A stretch of 35,928 nt of DNA from Candidatus Nanohalobium sp. (GTDB lineage: Archaea > Nanohalarchaeota > Nanosalinia > Nanosalinales > Nanosalinaceae): positions 2,811 to 38,738 of the forward strand of contig JBDGTY010000048.1 of NCBI GenBank assembly GCA_042216335.1, given 5' to 3'. Of the stretch, positions 35,183 to 35,928 are shown in pieces; position 1 is the first letter of the stretch, and each line of letters starts with the position of its first letter. Below the pieces are notes generated by a model. The model did not search any database. It was given only the letters and a program-made list of their open reading frames with translations, and was not told the origin of the DNA. Both the position numbers and the translations under genes were made by a program.

Positions 35183-35503
35183 ATGTCTGAATCAAAACAC
35201 AGAAAGGCTTTTGAGGATTTCGCGGATAGGGCTCAAGAGGAGTTGGGAAACTCCCTTCAGAAGCTTGTGCTTTACGGCAGTGTAGCCAGAGGCGATGAGA
35301 CACGGCGGTCGGATGTAGATGTCTTTGCAGTAGTTGAAGATGGAGATGACCTGGATATCCTGCGTGATCTGGCGTTTGATGTGGGTGTTATGGAGCACGG
35401 CGTCTCTATCTCTGTTCAGGGAAGAGTTACAGACGAATTTGAGGGTTTCTCCGAGACGTCGTACCTGAGGAATGTTGAGAGAGACGGTGTGGAATATGCC
35501 TGA
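35183..35503 (+). CDS. minimal nucleotidyltransferase (MNT) antitoxin
   Basis: LYGSVARG....SDVD. Confidence 0.9.
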   Translation: MSESKHRKAFEDFADRAQEELGNSLQKLVLYGSVARGDETRRSDVDVFAVVEDGDDLDILRDLAFDVGVMEHGVSISVQGRVTDEFEGFSETSYLRNVERDGVEYA

Positions 35504-35894
35504 AGCAGAAGAACTTCTTGGAAAATCTGAAAGAACCTTTGAAGATGCACGGAAAGCTCTGAAACAGGAGATGTTAGTCTCCACTATTCAGAACAGGATA
35601 TACTACAGCATATTCTACGCTGCACAGGCAGCACTTATCTCCAGAGGCGAAGATACAGGAAGCCACGCCGGCGTCAAAATCAGACTAGGAGAAAAACTAA
35701 TCAAAAAAGGAGAACTGGACAGGGAATGGGGCCGGTTCTTCTCCCAGCAACAGACGTACAGAGAGCAGGCCGACTACCAGGTAGACGTTGACATAGAAAG
35801 AGAGGAACTGGAAGAATACCTGGAAGATGCGGAAGAATTCATAAGGAAGATGAAAGAGGTAGTCAAAGGACAGAATGGCAGGGGGGCGATTTGA
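35496..35894 (+). CDS. HEPN domain protein
   Basis: NRIYYSIFYAAQAAL, SHAGV, REQADY; overlaps MNT stop; ATG 35496. Confidence 0.88.
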   Translation: MPEAEELLGKSERTFEDARKALKQEMLVSTIQNRIYYSIFYAAQAALISRGEDTGSHAGVKIRLGEKLIKKGELDREWGRFFSQQQTYREQADYQVDVDIEREELEEYLEDAEEFIRKMKEVVKGQNGRGAI

Positions 35895-35898
35895 ACGC
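35876..35898 (-). other. tRNA 3'-end fragment, probable att site of a second integrated element
   Basis: Reverse complement GCG-TTCAAAT-CGCCC-CCCTGCC-A = partial T arm, 7-nt acceptor strand and discriminator; AT-rich sequence replaces the 5' part. Confidence 0.75.
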
Positions 35899-35928
35899 AA
35901 ATAATAATTTTTACTAATTTTCTGCCTT

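Noticed and set aside
728-35900. Many long antisense/overlapping ORFs rich in Ser, Leu, Phe (e.g. 728-1312, 2685-3197, 5678-6304, 31147-31713)
   Set aside because: Shadows of Glu/Asp-rich genes on the opposite strand; no motifs
1-35928. CRISPR array or cas genes
   Set aside because: No regularly spaced 25-40 nt repeats and no Cas motifs seen

Overview
Archaeal chromosome segment with a strongly acidic proteome. It also encodes a complete exosome (Rrp4/41/42), which classical Halobacteria lack, so a Nanohaloarchaeota (DPANN)-type genome is the best inference. From left to right it holds: a partial tRNA-Ser; HAD and NcsA genes; the conserved proteasome/exosome superoperon (psmA-SBDS-rrp4-rrp41-rrp42-rpl37ae-rpoP-pcc1-pfdB, then UPF0147 and sepF), interrupted by two broken genes; a candidate box C/D sRNA and an intron-containing tRNA-Ile(UAU); a YHS permease and a hybrid sensor kinase; DUF917 coupled to a class II LysRS; endonuclease V; and tRNA-Ala(GGC). 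A ~5.4 kb AT-rich tyrosine-integrase element is inserted at the tRNA-Ala 3' end, bounded by an 11-bp direct repeat. After it come a PIN/RHH pair, a histone-fold protein divergent from TFB, zinc-finger microproteins, ferredoxin, an S2P protease, a class I LysRS, an MNT-HEPN pair and a tRNA 3' fragment marking a probable second element edge. The most striking observation is that the two ends of the integrase element carry three mutually complementary 9-10 nt blocks. These could fold into an elaborate structure only across the excised-circle junction (attP), directly upstream of the integrase and downstream of an outward-facing promoter-like motif. All calls come from reading motifs by eye; no database searches or folding programs were run.
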